In this document: one piece after another, positions 39,701 to 53,387 of the stretch
Layout of the letters: every line of letters starts with the position of its first letter
Numbering within the stretch: the stretch's first letter is position 1
Source: Octopus sinensis
Lineage: Eukaryota
Reading direction: 5' to 3'
NCBI RefSeq assembly: GCF_006345805.1
Contig: NC_043011.1
Location: 45,706,464-45,770,463 of the forward strand
DNA: 64,000 nt
Notes under the pieces: generated by a model
What the model was told of the DNA's origin: nothing
The model's database searches: none
What the model saw: the letters and a program-made list of their open reading frames with translations, nothing else
Made by a program: the position numbers and the translations under genes

Positions 39701-40648
39701 CACAGAGTTTCCCCATATTGCAGCTGAAAGCCATTTAATTTTCAAGAGTCCTTGTGTCAACACTTTTTGGAGCAATTTCTAAGAAGAAATACCAAGTGTT
39801 AAAGCGTTTCAGTGACAGAGATTTTCAAAGACGGAACACAAAAAGAACTGAAGAACAAAAAAATAAAACAAAAAAAAATCTTCAAATCAATCAATAAATA
39901 AACATCTTGATATTCATTTTAATTCGAAAAAAAGCTGTTGGTGTTGTTGTTGGTGGTGGTGGGGGCAGTGGTGCGGTGTTGTATACAAACAAATATAACA
40001 TAAATAGTAATGGGATTACAAAGACATGCTTGAAATATCAGCTAAATGTCCCTCATACCTTACTGTACTATCTTAGAAGACGTGCTGAATCATGTAGTCC
40101 TAGGTACACTATGCCTGGAAAAAATTCTTTTTAAAAGGTGGTGGCCATGCTTGGAATGCATTTGATTATAGATCAACTGGGTAAGAACTGACCTATGAGG
40201 GCCAGCCATACATACAGGCATGTCCCTTAAAGGCTGTGCCCCCACATCATCTCCCAACTGAGAGGTCTTTGTCTTGCAAGTGCTGGTGCCATGTAAGTGC
40301 ACCCATGCTGGTGGCACATGAAAAGCACCCAGCACACTCTGTAAAAGGGGTTGGCGTTAGTAAGGGCATCCAACTACAGACAGCATGCCAAAACAGACAA
40401 TTTGGAGCCTGGACAACTTTTCAGCTGGCCAGCTCCGGTTAAACTGTACAACCTATGCCAGTTTTGAAAACCCGACATTAAACGATGATGATGAGCTGGA
40501 AAGAAGGAAGGAAACTCTAGGTCATGTAGTCCTAGGTTCATTATGTCTAGAAACAAAAATGACAGCCATGCATGGAATCTCTTTGAGGTCTGATATGGCT
40601 TTCAACAACATTATCACCCTACCTCCAATACCACAAACAACAGTAACA

Positions 40649-40689
<41 letters not shown>

Positions 40690-41756
40690 ACTGCTGCTGC
40701 TGCTGTTGTTGTTAAGCAATAAGACGGGTAAGGGTGATTAGGTGATGGTGTAGGGCTTAGGGGCGGTAGATCCCAGACCTTGGGAAAAAAAAAAAACTTT
40801 GGTCGTCTTGTAGTCGAGGTCTCTTCATTGACACCTGACACCACTGGGAGGTGGCCTTCGAAGTCGCTGGAAATGGAGATCTTCAGGTCCAAATTCTTGA
40901 ACGGCTGCTGCTGCTTTTGCTGCTGCTACTACCACTACTGCTGTTGCTGTTACTGCTACTGATACTACTACTACTACTACTATGAAGCCATAACCCTTTG
41001 AATGTGGAAAGTGCATAAATCCGCTTGAAGTGTCACCATCTGTAACTGTGGAAAGTGGTTTTCCCTAATAGCTTTGAAAAAAAAAAACAACCTCTTCTTA
41101 TATTGTGAGAAATGGAGACACCCACCAAATATATTTTTACACAAGATATTTTTTCAGATTTTTCTCAATTTTCTTTCATATATTTCATCAAATATTTCTC
41201 TATAGAACAAGAATCAAATATTTTTAGCAGTGGATATGAAAAACCATACCTACAAAAGAGATACTGAGACAGCATTGCAGAAATATAAAATATCAATTCT
41301 ATGTTTTTGATGGATAATTAATAGCGTTTCAGAAGCGACCGTGAAATTTAATTATGCAGTCAAATGTTTAATGGCAATTAATTAAATGCGTATATGTAAC
41401 GATAATGATTATGATACACCATGTCATTCACAAATACAAAATGGATATCATCATAAGCATCAGATTTTTTACAGCTGGGTGCCCTTGCTGTTACCAACCT
41501 TCACCTGTTTCCAGATAAGGTAATATTTTCACAATGGACCGATATATTTACAGAACAGAATATTGCAAATAAATGACATTGTGCTTGTATGATAGTGACA
41601 CCCTTGTACAGTCATCACATGATGTCAAGACAAGGAGACACACGCACATGCACACACACACACACACGCACACGTACACACACACACGCACGCACACACA
41701 CACACACACATCCGTGCTAGCATGGAAAGCAGATATAAAACAATGATGATGAGGTG

Positions 41757-42370
41757 TAGGGGTGGCTGTGTGGTAAGAGGCTTGCTGGCAGAAATGTTAG
41801 CACACTGGGTGAAATGCTTAGCAGTATTTCGTCTGCCACTACGTTCTGAGTTCAAATTCAGCCAAGGTCGACTTTGGCTTTCATCCTTCCAGGGTCGATT
41901 AAATAAGTACCAGTTACGCACTGGGGTCGATATAATTGACTTAATCTGTATGTCTGTCCTTGTTTGCCCCCTCTGTGTGTAGCTCCTTCTGGGCAGTAAA
42001 GAAATAAGAGGCTTGCTTCGCAACCACATGATTCTGGGTTCAGTCCCATTGCATGGCACCATGGGTGAGTGTCTTCTACAATAGCTTTGGGCTGACCAAA
42101 ACCTTGTGAGTGGATTTGGTTGATGGAAACTGAAAGAAACCCATCCTATATATGTATCTATGTGTGTGTTTCTTTGTGTCTGTATTTCTTCCCCATCACT
42201 GCTTGACAAATGGTGCTGGTGTGTTTACATCCTTATAACTTAACAGTTCAGTCCAAGAGACCGATAAAGTAAGTACCAGGCTTTAAAAAATAAGCACTGC
42301 GGTTGATACATTTGACTAAAATTTCAAGGTGGTGCCCCAGCATGGCCGCAATCAAATAACTGAAACAAGT
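41757..42370 (+). mobile_element. SINE family A with a family C SINE nested in its head
   Basis: GGTGGCTGTGTGGTAAGAGGCTTGC is interrupted by GCAGAAATGTTAGC...GTAAAGAAATA (41785-42008), then resumes AGAGGCTTGCTTCGCAACC, leaving an AGAGGCTTGC direct repeat. Confidence 0.8.
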
Positions 42371-43428
42371 AAGAGGTAAAAAGATAAAAGATTTCTTTCC
42401 ATATGTTTTTTGATCTTTATCTTCTGCAGGTTCCTTCCAACTGCATTACTTGGAATTTTGTTATCCAAAAGTCATCTTCCATATGCATCACATATTCATA
42501 CCAACAGCCATCTCACTTACATATGACATCTGTTTTTTTTTTTTTATTACACACAGGTTTCCTCTCAGCTTATTGATCTTCATCATTCGTGCACACTGAC
42601 ATTACACATGTAGCAGAACAAACTCGCCCAATTTTTTTCCAGCCTTCTAATATCCATGTTTCACTTGCATGTACCATCATCACACTCAGTACACAATGTC
42701 ACTACCTTAGTAAATTTTCCCTGTTTATATCAAGAATTTCCAAACTAAAAACCATGATGAGCTGCCATTTCTGCAGAGCAGATAAAAATCATAACAAAGC
42801 TATCATGTTGATTAAACAAAATGCGGTCTACTGAAGCAAGCAAATTGTAGTTTGGTCAGTTGATACACAAAATGTAACAAAGATATTTTCTCTTGAGTAG
42901 GATTTTTGCATTCTTTGTGGTTTATCATCTGTACAAGTATGCATATGTGTGTATATGTATGTGTGTATACATGTGTGTATGAGTACACATGTGTGTGTGT
43001 GTTTATTTGTTCTTTTGTGCCAAATATGGTGTTTAGTCATTCGTGAATAACGTTTTTTTATTATCAGTCATCGGAGTAGGTTTGATGATGTCTGTGTTCA
43101 AAACCCAATAACATTTGACACTAAAGTGAGATACTTTGGTCCTTTGTTTATCTGTGTGCGTGTGTGTGTGTGTGTGTGCAGGCATGTGTGTATTGTTGCT
43201 GAAGTAAGATCTCAACAGACAGATTATTTTCTGGAAAGCTATATAAATATCTGAGATGAGTTTTTGTGATAATTATACATGTAATTATGGCAAAGTTGTT
43301 GAGTACCGTTTATCTTTTAATCATTCCAATCACTAGACTGCGGCCATGCTGGGGCACCACTTTGAATTTTTAGTCAAATGAATCAACCCCAGTTCTTCTT
43401 TTTTAAACATGGTACTTATGTATGTATG

Positions 43429-43475
<47 letters not shown>

Positions 43476-43767
43476 CATGGCAACAGTTAAATGACTGAAA
43501 CATGTAAAAGAATGTAAAACATGTAAAAGAAACATGTAAAAGGTGGTGAGCTGGCAGAAGTGTTAGCACGCCGGGAGAAATGCTTACCGGTATTTCGTCT
43601 GCCGTTACGTTCTGAGTTCAAATTCTGCCGAGGTTGACATTGCCTTTCATCCTTTCGGGGTTGATAAATTAAGTACCAGTTACGCACTGGGGTCGATGTA
43701 ATCAACTTAATACCTTTGTCTGTCCTTGTTTGTCTGCTCTATGTTTAGCCCCTTGTGTGCAGTAAAG

Positions 43768-43813
<46 letters not shown>

Positions 43814-44049
43814 TATCATCATCATCATTTAATGTTTGCCTTCCATGCTGGCATGGGTTAGACTGTTCGATGGGAACTGGTAAGTTGGAAAGCTGCACCA
43901 AGATCCAATATGACTCTGGCTTGGTTTCTACAGCTAGACGTCCTTCCTAATGCCATCCACTCTGAGAGTGCAGTGAGTACCTTTTAAGTGTCACCAGCAT
44001 CGGTGCTTAGGGCTTCAGAGAATCAAACAGATTACAGTAAGCTCTCCAC

Positions 44050-44107
44050 CTTGTGCATGACAAGCAAGAAAGACCATGGTTATTGCTAAGATTAACCTCA
44101 GCATCAT
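44050..44107 (-). CDS. Candidate signal-peptide-encoding first coding exon of a secreted protein
   Basis: Minus strand TTGCAATTTTCAG|A-ATG ATG...; encodes MMLRLILAITMVFLACHAQ+G with a phase-1 GT; the donor GTGGAG is weak and no downstream exon was identified. Confidence 0.3.
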
Positions 44108-44421
44108 TCTGAAAATTGCAATGGTAGAAAATATGTGCAGAAATTGATCAGGTAAGAAAAGTGAAGTGAGAAAATAGATGTTTATTTCATTAGTTGACAA
44201 CTGTTTCGTAACTGTTTTAGTTATATAACCAATGCTATATCATTTGACACACACATATAAATGTGCATATAAATAAATAAGTAAATATCCTCATCATCAT
44301 TTAAAATCTGCTTTCCATGCTGGCATAGATTACATGGCTTGACTAGAACTGGTAAACCAGAGAGCTGCACCAGATTCTAGTTTGAATTTGGCTTGGTTTC
44401 TACAGCTGGATGCCCTTCCCA

Positions 44422-44463
<42 letters not shown>

Positions 44464-44839
44464 ATATATATGCACACCAATATACATAACTGTGCTGTAA
44501 CATAATGAACAGAGTACATTTCAGAAAATTTCATGGCTGGTTAAAACACTTATTTTGCTACAAACAGCTAATAGTCTCATTATATATTCACACACAATAA
44601 ACATATTCAGCATATATAGATTGCATAAGCTAAACGAACAGAATGATATTGACTGCTATGGCTATTGCTTCCTTAATGCAATCCATATATGTTAATTCGC
44701 AGAATACATTTATTATCTGCGAATATAGAATGAAGCTTTTGCAGAGTTGATTTCTAACCTGCCATGAAATGCTCTGAAGAGTAGTCTGTTCATTATATTA
44801 TAGCACAATTACATATATGGGTGTATATGTATATATACA

Positions 44840-44879
<40 letters not shown>

Positions 44880-44983
44880 TATATTTATATATATAGTTGG
44901 AATTTCCAAAAAAAAAAAAGAAGAAGACTGGTGTGTAAACAACAAACAGATGTATTAGTTTAACACTCAGGAAGTGAGTAAGT

Positions 44984-45019
44984 CTTTTACATTTCGAGCC
45001 TATGCTCTTCAACAGAAAG
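44984..45019 (-). ncRNA. Degenerate minimal hammerhead motif
   Basis: CTTT-CTGTTGA-AGAGC-ATAG-GCTC-GAAA-TG-TA-AAAG; A6 changed to U. Confidence 0.55.
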
Positions 45020-45499
45020 GAACACAGAAATAAACAGAGAGAGAAAATAAAAAGAGAAAATATAAAAGGTTTAGTGGCTAGTGCAGAATTAACTATCTAT
45101 TTCAGTGAAATTAGATAATTTTCTAAAACCTCACTTCTATGTATATTTATCAAGCTTAATGTGTTAAAAGTGTATAAATTTTTGTTTTTGTTTATAGTTT
45201 TATAATTTTTATAATGTTTTTACAGTTTTATTCCTTTTGTTGAGGCCGATTTTTTTTGCAATTTCACTGAACTTAAAGTTTGCATTCAGTTTGCTGAATG
45301 CTTCAATATGTATTTCACAATGCTGAGAATAGATCTGAAATTTACAGGGATACAGGGGAGCACATGTTGGAAGATTTCAATAAAGTTTTGATGTAAGATT
45401 TGTAAATTCCCTTTGTTATGGTAACTTAAATTAGTAAATAAATATAAAATTCTGTCAATTTTCAAAAATTTCCCAATTTCATTGAAATAGATAGTTAAA

Positions 45500-45514
45500 T
45501 CTGGACTGACACCC

Positions 45515-45567
<53 letters not shown>

Positions 45568-45773
45568 ATATATATATATATATTTACACATATATATTTA
45601 TATACATATATATATGTATATGTACATATATATATATACTCATATGTGTTATACATATATAATATACATACATATTTATATACATATATATACATATATA
45701 TATATATGTATATGTACATATATACATGTATATGTACATATATACATATATATATGTATATGTACATATATAC

Positions 45774-45822
<49 letters not shown>

Positions 45823-46019
45823 TAAATATATACATATACATATAATATGTATATACAATACTATATATATATAATTATGCATATATACATACACACACAC
45901 ACACATATATATACATACATATTTATATACATATATATATTACATATATATATATGTATATGTACATATATACATGTATATGTACATATATACATATATA
46001 TATGTATATGTACATATAT

Positions 46020-46067
<48 letters not shown>

Positions 46068-46230
46068 ATATATATACATATACATATATATATGTATATA
46101 CATATACATATATATATATATATATATGCATATATACATACACACACACACACATATATATACATACATACATATATATATGTATATACATATATATATA
46201 TATATACACATATATATATATACATGTATC
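45500..46230. repeat. (AT)n/(ATAC)n microsatellite with higher-order repeated motif TATACATGTATATGTACATA
   Basis: Directly visible. Confidence 0.95.
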
Positions 46231-47464
46231 ATCATCATCATCATCATCATCATTTAACGTCCGCTTTCCATGCTAGCATGGGTTGGACGGTTCAACTGGA
46301 GTCTGGGGAGCCCGAAGGCTGCACCAGGCCAGTCAGATCTGGCAGTGTTTCTACAGCTGGATGCCCTTCCTAACGCCAACCACTCCGAGAGAGTGTAGTG
46401 GGTGATTTTATGTGCCACCGACCAGGTGCCAGACGAGGCTGGCGAACGGCCACGCTCGGATGGTGTTTTTATGTGCCACCGACACAGGTGCCAGACGAGG
46501 CTGGCAGACGGCCACGCTCGGATGGTGTTTTTATGTGCCACCGACACAAGTGCCAGATGAGGCTGGCGAACGGCCACGATCGGATGGTATTTGTTATGTG
46601 CCCACAGCACGGAGGCCAGTCGATGCGGTACTGGCTACGGCCACGTTCGGATGGTTTTCTTGTGTGCCACCGGCACTGGTACCACAAAGATACAAATTCC
46701 ATTGATGTTCATCTATTTTGATTTGGTTTGATTTTCACTTGCCTCAACAGGTCTTCACAAGTGTCACACACTTGCCTCAACAGGTCTTCACAAGTGTCAC
46801 ATACTTGCCTCAACAGGTCTTCACAAGTGTCATAAGAAGGAAGGTATGCACAGGTGGACTGACTACGTCCCAGGTAGGGGCCACGGGTTATGGCCTGACT
46901 AGTCTTGCCGGGTCTTTGGATGGTGTTTTTATGTGCCACCAACACAGGTGCCAGATGAGGCTAGCGAACGGCCACGATCGGATGGTGTTTGTTATGTGCC
47001 CACAGCACGGAGGCCAGTCGATGTGGTACTGGCTACCGCCACGTTCGGATGGTTTTCTTGTGTGCCACCGACATTGGTACCACAAAGATACAAATTCCAT
47101 TGATGTTCATCTATTTTGATTTGTTTTGATTTGATTTGATTATGATTATTATTATTATTATCACTTGCCTCAACAGGTCTTCACAAGTGTCATTTGATTT
47201 GATTAGCACTTGCCTCAACAGGTCTTCACAAGTGTCATAAGAAGGAAGGTATGCACAGGTGGACTGACTATGTCCCAGGAAGGGGCCACGGGCTATGGCC
47301 TGACTAGTCTTGCCGGGTCTTCGGACAGGTGCCAGATGAGGCTGGCGAACGGCCACGATCGGATGGCGTTTGTTATGTGCCCACAGCACGGAGGCCAGTC
47401 GATGCGGTACTGGCTACAGCCACGTTCGGATGGTTTTCTTGTGTGCCACCAGCACTGGTACCAC
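46228..47464 (-). mobile_element. RTE-LINE 3' UTR expanded into a nested tandem array
   Basis: (CAT)n tail, ~61-bp units at 46411-46590, ~33-bp units CACTTGCCTCAACAGGTCTTCACAAGTGTCA at 46736-46833 and 47162-47237, and a ~400-bp higher-order period. Confidence 0.85.
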
Positions 47465-47697
47465 ATATATATATATATACACACACACTTATATATATAT
47501 GTATTATTTAATAAACACAATACATAGTTTTATGTACTACTAATAGTTTCTTATGCTGAGAACATGCTAAATAATTAATTGCAACATGTGTAACATCCCA
47601 ACACAGTCATCAGGTACAAACCACATAATATAGCAAACTAAAAATTGATCTTATCATCACAGAACAGTACATTATATATGTGTGTGTGTGTGTGTAT

Positions 47698-47728
<31 letters not shown>

Positions 47729-47815
47729 CATATATATATATATGTATGTATATATATATATGTATATATATATATATACATACACACACACACACACATA
47801 TATATATACATACAT

Positions 47816-47866
<51 letters not shown>

Positions 47867-48055
47867 TATATACGTATGTATGAATGTCGATTTACTTTGA
47901 TATGTATGTTGGATGATGTAGTGTGGATTATGTAACTAATATGGATTATGAAACACCTGTCAGGTAATGGCATAAACACTTATTTTCTCACTTCTCTTAT
48001 CTGATCAATTTATACGTATTTTTATACACACACACACATATATATATATATACAT

Positions 48056-48097
<42 letters not shown>

Positions 48098-49109
48098 ATA
48101 TATATAGATAGATAGATAATAGATAGATAGATAAATAGGAAGATAGATAGATAGATAGATAGGTTATTGTGAGTATAAAACACATTCCATCCATTGACCC
48201 AGTTTCAAGCTCTGTTCTCTGCCTCTGTCATTTACATTAACAATGGTCTCTAATTCTCTGAACTATTATGTTTTCATGGCTGAATCCTGTGTAGAATGCA
48301 GCACACATATTACCATTTTTATGGCTTTTTGTGACTATTGAGAAAAAGGAAAATATTAACCTCAGGCTGAAAGCGTAGCCCAGATGCTTATAACAATGTA
48401 CCCGAGAGATTTAATGGGCCAGGCCAATTCACTATCATGGGTATCTTTGAAGTATTGATCAAGCTTTCTGACATTAAGGGAGAGCAGAATTGATTTTGTG
48501 ACATTCGTATGTCCTAAACATTAATGATGTCAGGGAAAGGAAAAACATCTACCTGTAACTGATAATAAACTCTAGTAATGGCATCAGTTTGTTGCAAGGT
48601 TATCTCCTACACTACAGCAATTACTGTAGAACCTCTGATAGTGGTGGTGGTGGGGGCAATATTTTTGTTACTTCTAAGATCAAACAGATCAGATACTAAA
48701 GAATTTTCAGTTGTGACCAGCCCTTTTTCTTCTCAACATAAATTATCTAGGACCACATTATTGAATGTGTTTTCCATAGGTGCAGGCATGACTGCATACA
48801 TAAGTGCAGCTGTACCTGTGGATGCAGATATGTCTGCATGGTTGCTTTCCAACCCCATAGTTTCAGGTTCAGTCCCGCTTCAGTCCTGCTGTGAGGTACC
48901 TTGGCCAAATGTCTTCTACTGTGGCTCCAGGTTGACCAAAGTCTTGTGAGTGGATTTAGTAGATTGAAACTGAAAGAAGCCTGTCATATACATCATCATC
49001 GTTCAACTTCCATTTTCCATGCTAGCATGGGTTGGACGGTTCAACCGGGGTCTGGGAAGCCAGGAGGCTGCACCAGGCTCCAGTCTGATCTGGCAGTGTT
49101 TCTACAGCT

Positions 49110-49170
<61 letters not shown>

Positions 49171-50407
49171 GTTGTGTTAATGAAAATCCCCTGTACTGTT
49201 TGACAACTGGCATTGGTTTGTTTACATCCTTGTAACTTACTTAACAATTTGGCAAAAGAAACCAATAGGATAAGTATGACTTTAAAAAACTAAGTACTAG
49301 AGTTGATTTGTTTAACTAAAACCCTTCAAGGCGGTAACTCAGCATGGCGGCAGCCCAATGACTGAAGCACACAAAAGATATATTAAGACAATGGTGAAAC
49401 TTCTGAGAGAAATTTGGCTACTATTTCTAGCAGTTTAACAGAACTATATAGACACCACCACCCCTTCTTCTCCTAAGAATGAATTCAAAATGAAACATTA
49501 TGACAGAGTCACATCCCCAAGTGAATACCAGTCATAGATCGACAGAAGAAAGATAATATGACTTTAAGCGGAAGTGACATGTCACTTATAACCTCTGCTG
49601 TTTTAGAACTCATTTCAAAGCTGACCATAATTTTTTTCCCTTCCATCAAGTAATTTTTTTTCCTCGTGTGTTGACTATCAACTTCTATTTTTGTTATTCT
49701 ATAAAGAAATTAATAAAAATATAATTTTTTAAAAATTGGCAAAATATCTGAAGAATGTGATATTGAATTCAATTGCTTCAAAACCAGTTGTATTACAGTG
49801 AGCAAACAAGTTGCAGAATAACAGTAGCAAAATGTCTTGCTTGATTCCACATTTTATTCCAGATGACCTCACCTAGATTCGCAAAACTAATAGAATTTGG
49901 TTAATGTGCTAAACAAAAAGAATTCTCTGAGATTCTTATAATTCACATTGAATATTGGTGGAACACTAGATATCTAACATTATGAGGGCAACATATACAA
50001 AAATATAGAGATATGTTATCAAATCTACACACACACATATATATATACATATATATATGTATGTATACACACAGACATATATTAATCTTTATACCATACA
50101 ATATCATAAATCCATTTCAGCCGATTTACCATTTATGTTCTGCACACCAATTAGGTAATTAGGCTCATCAGAGGACCCCTCTAAAGATCTATCTATATAA
50201 TCTCTCTCTCTCTCTATCTATCTCTGGTACTATATGTGACCAAACATCCATATCTGCTCATATACACATTCATACATACATACATACATATATTTAAATT
50301 ACTATAAATATATATATATATTACTATATACAGATATAAAAAAAATTAACAGAATGAGATAAAAAATCCAAGGCTGTGAAAGATTTCAGAACATTTATAA
50401 AGAGAAG

Positions 50408-50455
50408 GTCTTACAGCTGTTTCTGGGATATTTTATGTATCCCTCCATCAGAGAT
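50408..50455 (-). ncRNA. Second copy of the 11857-11904 hammerhead, core mutated
   Basis: ATCT-CTGATGG-AGGGATA-CATAAA-ATATCCCA-GAAA-C-AGCT-G-TA-AGAC; A9 changed to G. Confidence 0.65.
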
Positions 50456-50554
50456 AGTGTGAGAAAATGGTTAAGCAGTAGTTATTATATTAAAATATAT
50501 AAATATATATTACTATACATAAATATATATATATTACAATACATAAACATATAT

Positions 50555-50759
50555 TACTCTTTTACTCTTTTACTTGTTTCAGTCATTTGACTGTGGCCAT
50601 GCTGGAGCACCACCTTTTTAGTTGAGCAAATCGACCCCAGGACTTATTCTTTGTAAGCCTAGTACTTATTCTATCAGTCTCTTTTGCCGAACCGCTAAGT
50701 TACGGGGACGTAAACACACCGGCATCGGATGTCAAGCGATGTTGGGGGGATAAACACAG

Positions 50760-50814
<55 letters not shown>

Positions 50815-50983
50815 TATACGATGGGCTTCTTTCAGTTTCCGTCTACCAAATCCACTCACAAGGCTTTGGTCGGCCCGAGGCTATAGTAGAAGACACTTGC
50901 CCAACATGCCACGCAGTGGGACTGAACCCGGAACCATGTGGTTGGTAAACAAGCTACTTACCACACAGCCACTCCTGTGCCTA
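50555..50983 (-). mobile_element. tRNA-derived SINE (family A)
   Basis: Full-length match to 5458-5866 with an expanded internal (AT)n. Confidence 0.9.
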
Positions 50984-51686
50984 TATGTATATTACTATAT
51001 ATAAATATATATATATATATATCTATATATATATTACTATATATAAATAGATATATATATATTACTATATATAAATAGATATATATATTACTATATATGA
51101 ATATGTATATTCTTTCCTTCACCCTTTTCAAGCCTAGCCAGGCTCATGGGCCTGGTTTCCCGACTTCTGTGGCATATGTGGTCAGTCCATCGCAGCATTA
51201 CTCAAGACCCATGGGTCTGATTAGGTAGCCATTGCTAGTGAGGGTTTTATGAAGTCAGAGGTCAGAGTGCAAACCCTATCCCAAACCTGTTTTAGTTTGA
51301 CATGCTCATCCCTACCATTGACATCCCTACCATCTCATATAATGTATACCACACACATACACTCTGTTGGATTTTGGTATATTTTTTTCAAGCCACTCAA
51401 ATATTAACCTGAATATTTTGATGTAGATCTGCTTCCTGATAGATGACGAAAACCGTATTCATTCTTTTGAGAAATTAATAATCAAGAGTTACAAACATTT
51501 ACAATAACGCAATTTTAGCCATTTGAGCAATCTGATTGTCTACACAGTGGGAGTTGAAACTATTTGTTGTCATTACAACTCCAAGTGTGTTGCAATGCAT
51601 GCAACGTTGAGTTTGTAAACCTGTGAAATGGGACCAAGTAGAAATTACTTGGCTCACCAAATAGAAATTACTTGGGCTTATCTGAA

Positions 51687-51756
51687 ATGAAGAAAAAAAC
51701 CATGTTGTGGATCTCATTGTGGATTCATATCTCTGTGAGTTCATGTGATGCTGCAG
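51687..51756 (+). CDS. Candidate short first coding exon (possible signal peptide)
   Basis: ATG...MKKKTMLWISLWIHISVSSCDAA+G followed by a good phase-1 donor CAG|GTACGG; no downstream exon found. Confidence 0.2.
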
Positions 51757-52500
51757 GTACGGAAAATGTGATTTAGTTTAAAAACTAAAGGAATGTATAA
51801 GGCATAATCTCATCAAATTCTTTTCATTTGAGAAAAAAAAAAAGTTTCCTTTCATTAATTCATTTTAGAAAATACGAACAAAATAATATCGTTTTCTTTC
51901 TTTAAATCATTTTCATTCCTTTTAAAAATATTCAAGGTTCTGTAATGTTTCATGTCTTTCATTAATTTCTTTAAACAAAAAAAAAAAGAGAAAATTCTCA
52001 TTTTCTTTCATTAAATACTTTTTATGAAACATGAAAAAAATTTGTATTTTCGTATCTTTGTTATTCAATTCTTTTTAAACATTCAAGGTTCCACAGAGTT
52101 TTTTGATCTTTTCTGTTGCTGCTACAATTTTCTATTCTTTTTGTTCCAATTGTTTTCCAATTTGCTGTACTGCTTTAGTCTTGTATGCTAATTATGAAAA
52201 TGGGATTCATTTTTGGCTTAAATTAAAAATAAAGTTAATATCTTTTAAATTTTGCAAAATTTGGGTAATTTTATCCAATTGATAAACCACAGACCCATGG
52301 TGCTAGTTTCCATAATAAGCTGCTGCCAGCTTTAACTACCACCACATGTATTTTCTTTGATGGTTCCTTATTTTCTCGATCTTGTACCACATTTTTCTCA
52401 TTTCACCTCTGTTCTTTTGTGAAACATATTTTCAGTTGTTGTCATGTCACTGTCTCACCTTCATAATTTTGAATTATTTTCTTGGACCTTTTAAATTCAA

Positions 52501-52640
52501 ATGACTACAAGCAACTTGTTAGATCTTTCAAGTATGGTCAAGAATGTGAAAACTGAAGATTTAGTTGCTTTCTTTCAAGAGAAGAGTGTTATCCCTAAAG
52601 GAAAATTCTATAAAGAGAGACTCACCACAGCATGTATGTT
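52501..52640 (+). pseudogene. Possible Merlin/IS1595-type transposase N-terminal remnant
   Basis: MTTSNLLDLSSMVKNVKTEDLVAFFQEKSVIPK loosely resembles Merlin N-termini; short and not diagnostic. Confidence 0.3.
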
Positions 52641-53387
52641 CTTTTAGACTAGGAAATTTATTTGATGGTTTGTCAAACCCTAAAACTTTCTCTAAACCCT
52701 AACTCTAACCATGAATGTTTACCTTGAGCCCTTCTATGCTTTTTTTTTTTTTTGTAATTTTTCTTGAGAAAATTTTTATTGAGGGTTTTTTCCTTTTTAA
52801 ATCATTTACATGCCTGATTTATCATTTTACTTCACTTTATTCATTAAAACTTATTCAAACTTCAAGATTTCTTACAACTTTTGACATCGTAATGTTTTGC
52901 TTTCATTTTGTTTGATAATAATTTGTCAAGCAAATGTCTTTGCTTTCATTTTGACAGCTATCAAACGGAGAAATTATCAAACTTTAAACCTCAGTAACGT
53001 TTTTCTAAAATTATTTTCTGGAACATATGATTAACAAAATTGGATTCATCATGAAAAATAGCATCAATATAGCAAATTTGAACATATTCACTTAATTTTT
53101 AAGATTTCAAAATATGTAGCAGCAAAAGAAAAGAACCTGCACTACAAAAAAACTGAAAGGTAAATTTTCCATCAGGTGTGCTTTTCAGAAAGTTCCATGA
53201 GCCACATTTTGCCCATGACTGTTTGTTTATTCATGTTTCGTCTCATTCTATACTCTGACCCCAATGTTTGCTTTGTCTGTCCTCGTATCGTCCCCTCTTT
53301 CTCTCAACCTCATGGTTAATAAAGAAATTGACCATTAAAATAGATGAGATGGTTGTTGCTGAAATGTGTTTGATCATAGGTCTACTG

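Noticed and set aside
40060-40116. Minus-strand exon candidate with strong splice sites that could follow the 44.1 kb exon
   Set aside because: Stops occur in all frames within 16 codons, and the core CATGTAGTCCTAGGT recurs at 40523-40537, indicating repeat origin
46411-47464. CRISPR-like array of 33-bp and 61-bp repeats
   Set aside because: The units are contiguous or separated by repeated, not unique, sequence; they lie inside an RTE 3' UTR in a eukaryotic genome; no cas genes are present
48380-48790. 123-aa ORF 48578-48949 and faint LINE-like words (YKHLG) on the minus strand
   Set aside because: The ORF tail is SINE sequence and the rest shows no motif I can name; the minus-strand similarity is too weak to call
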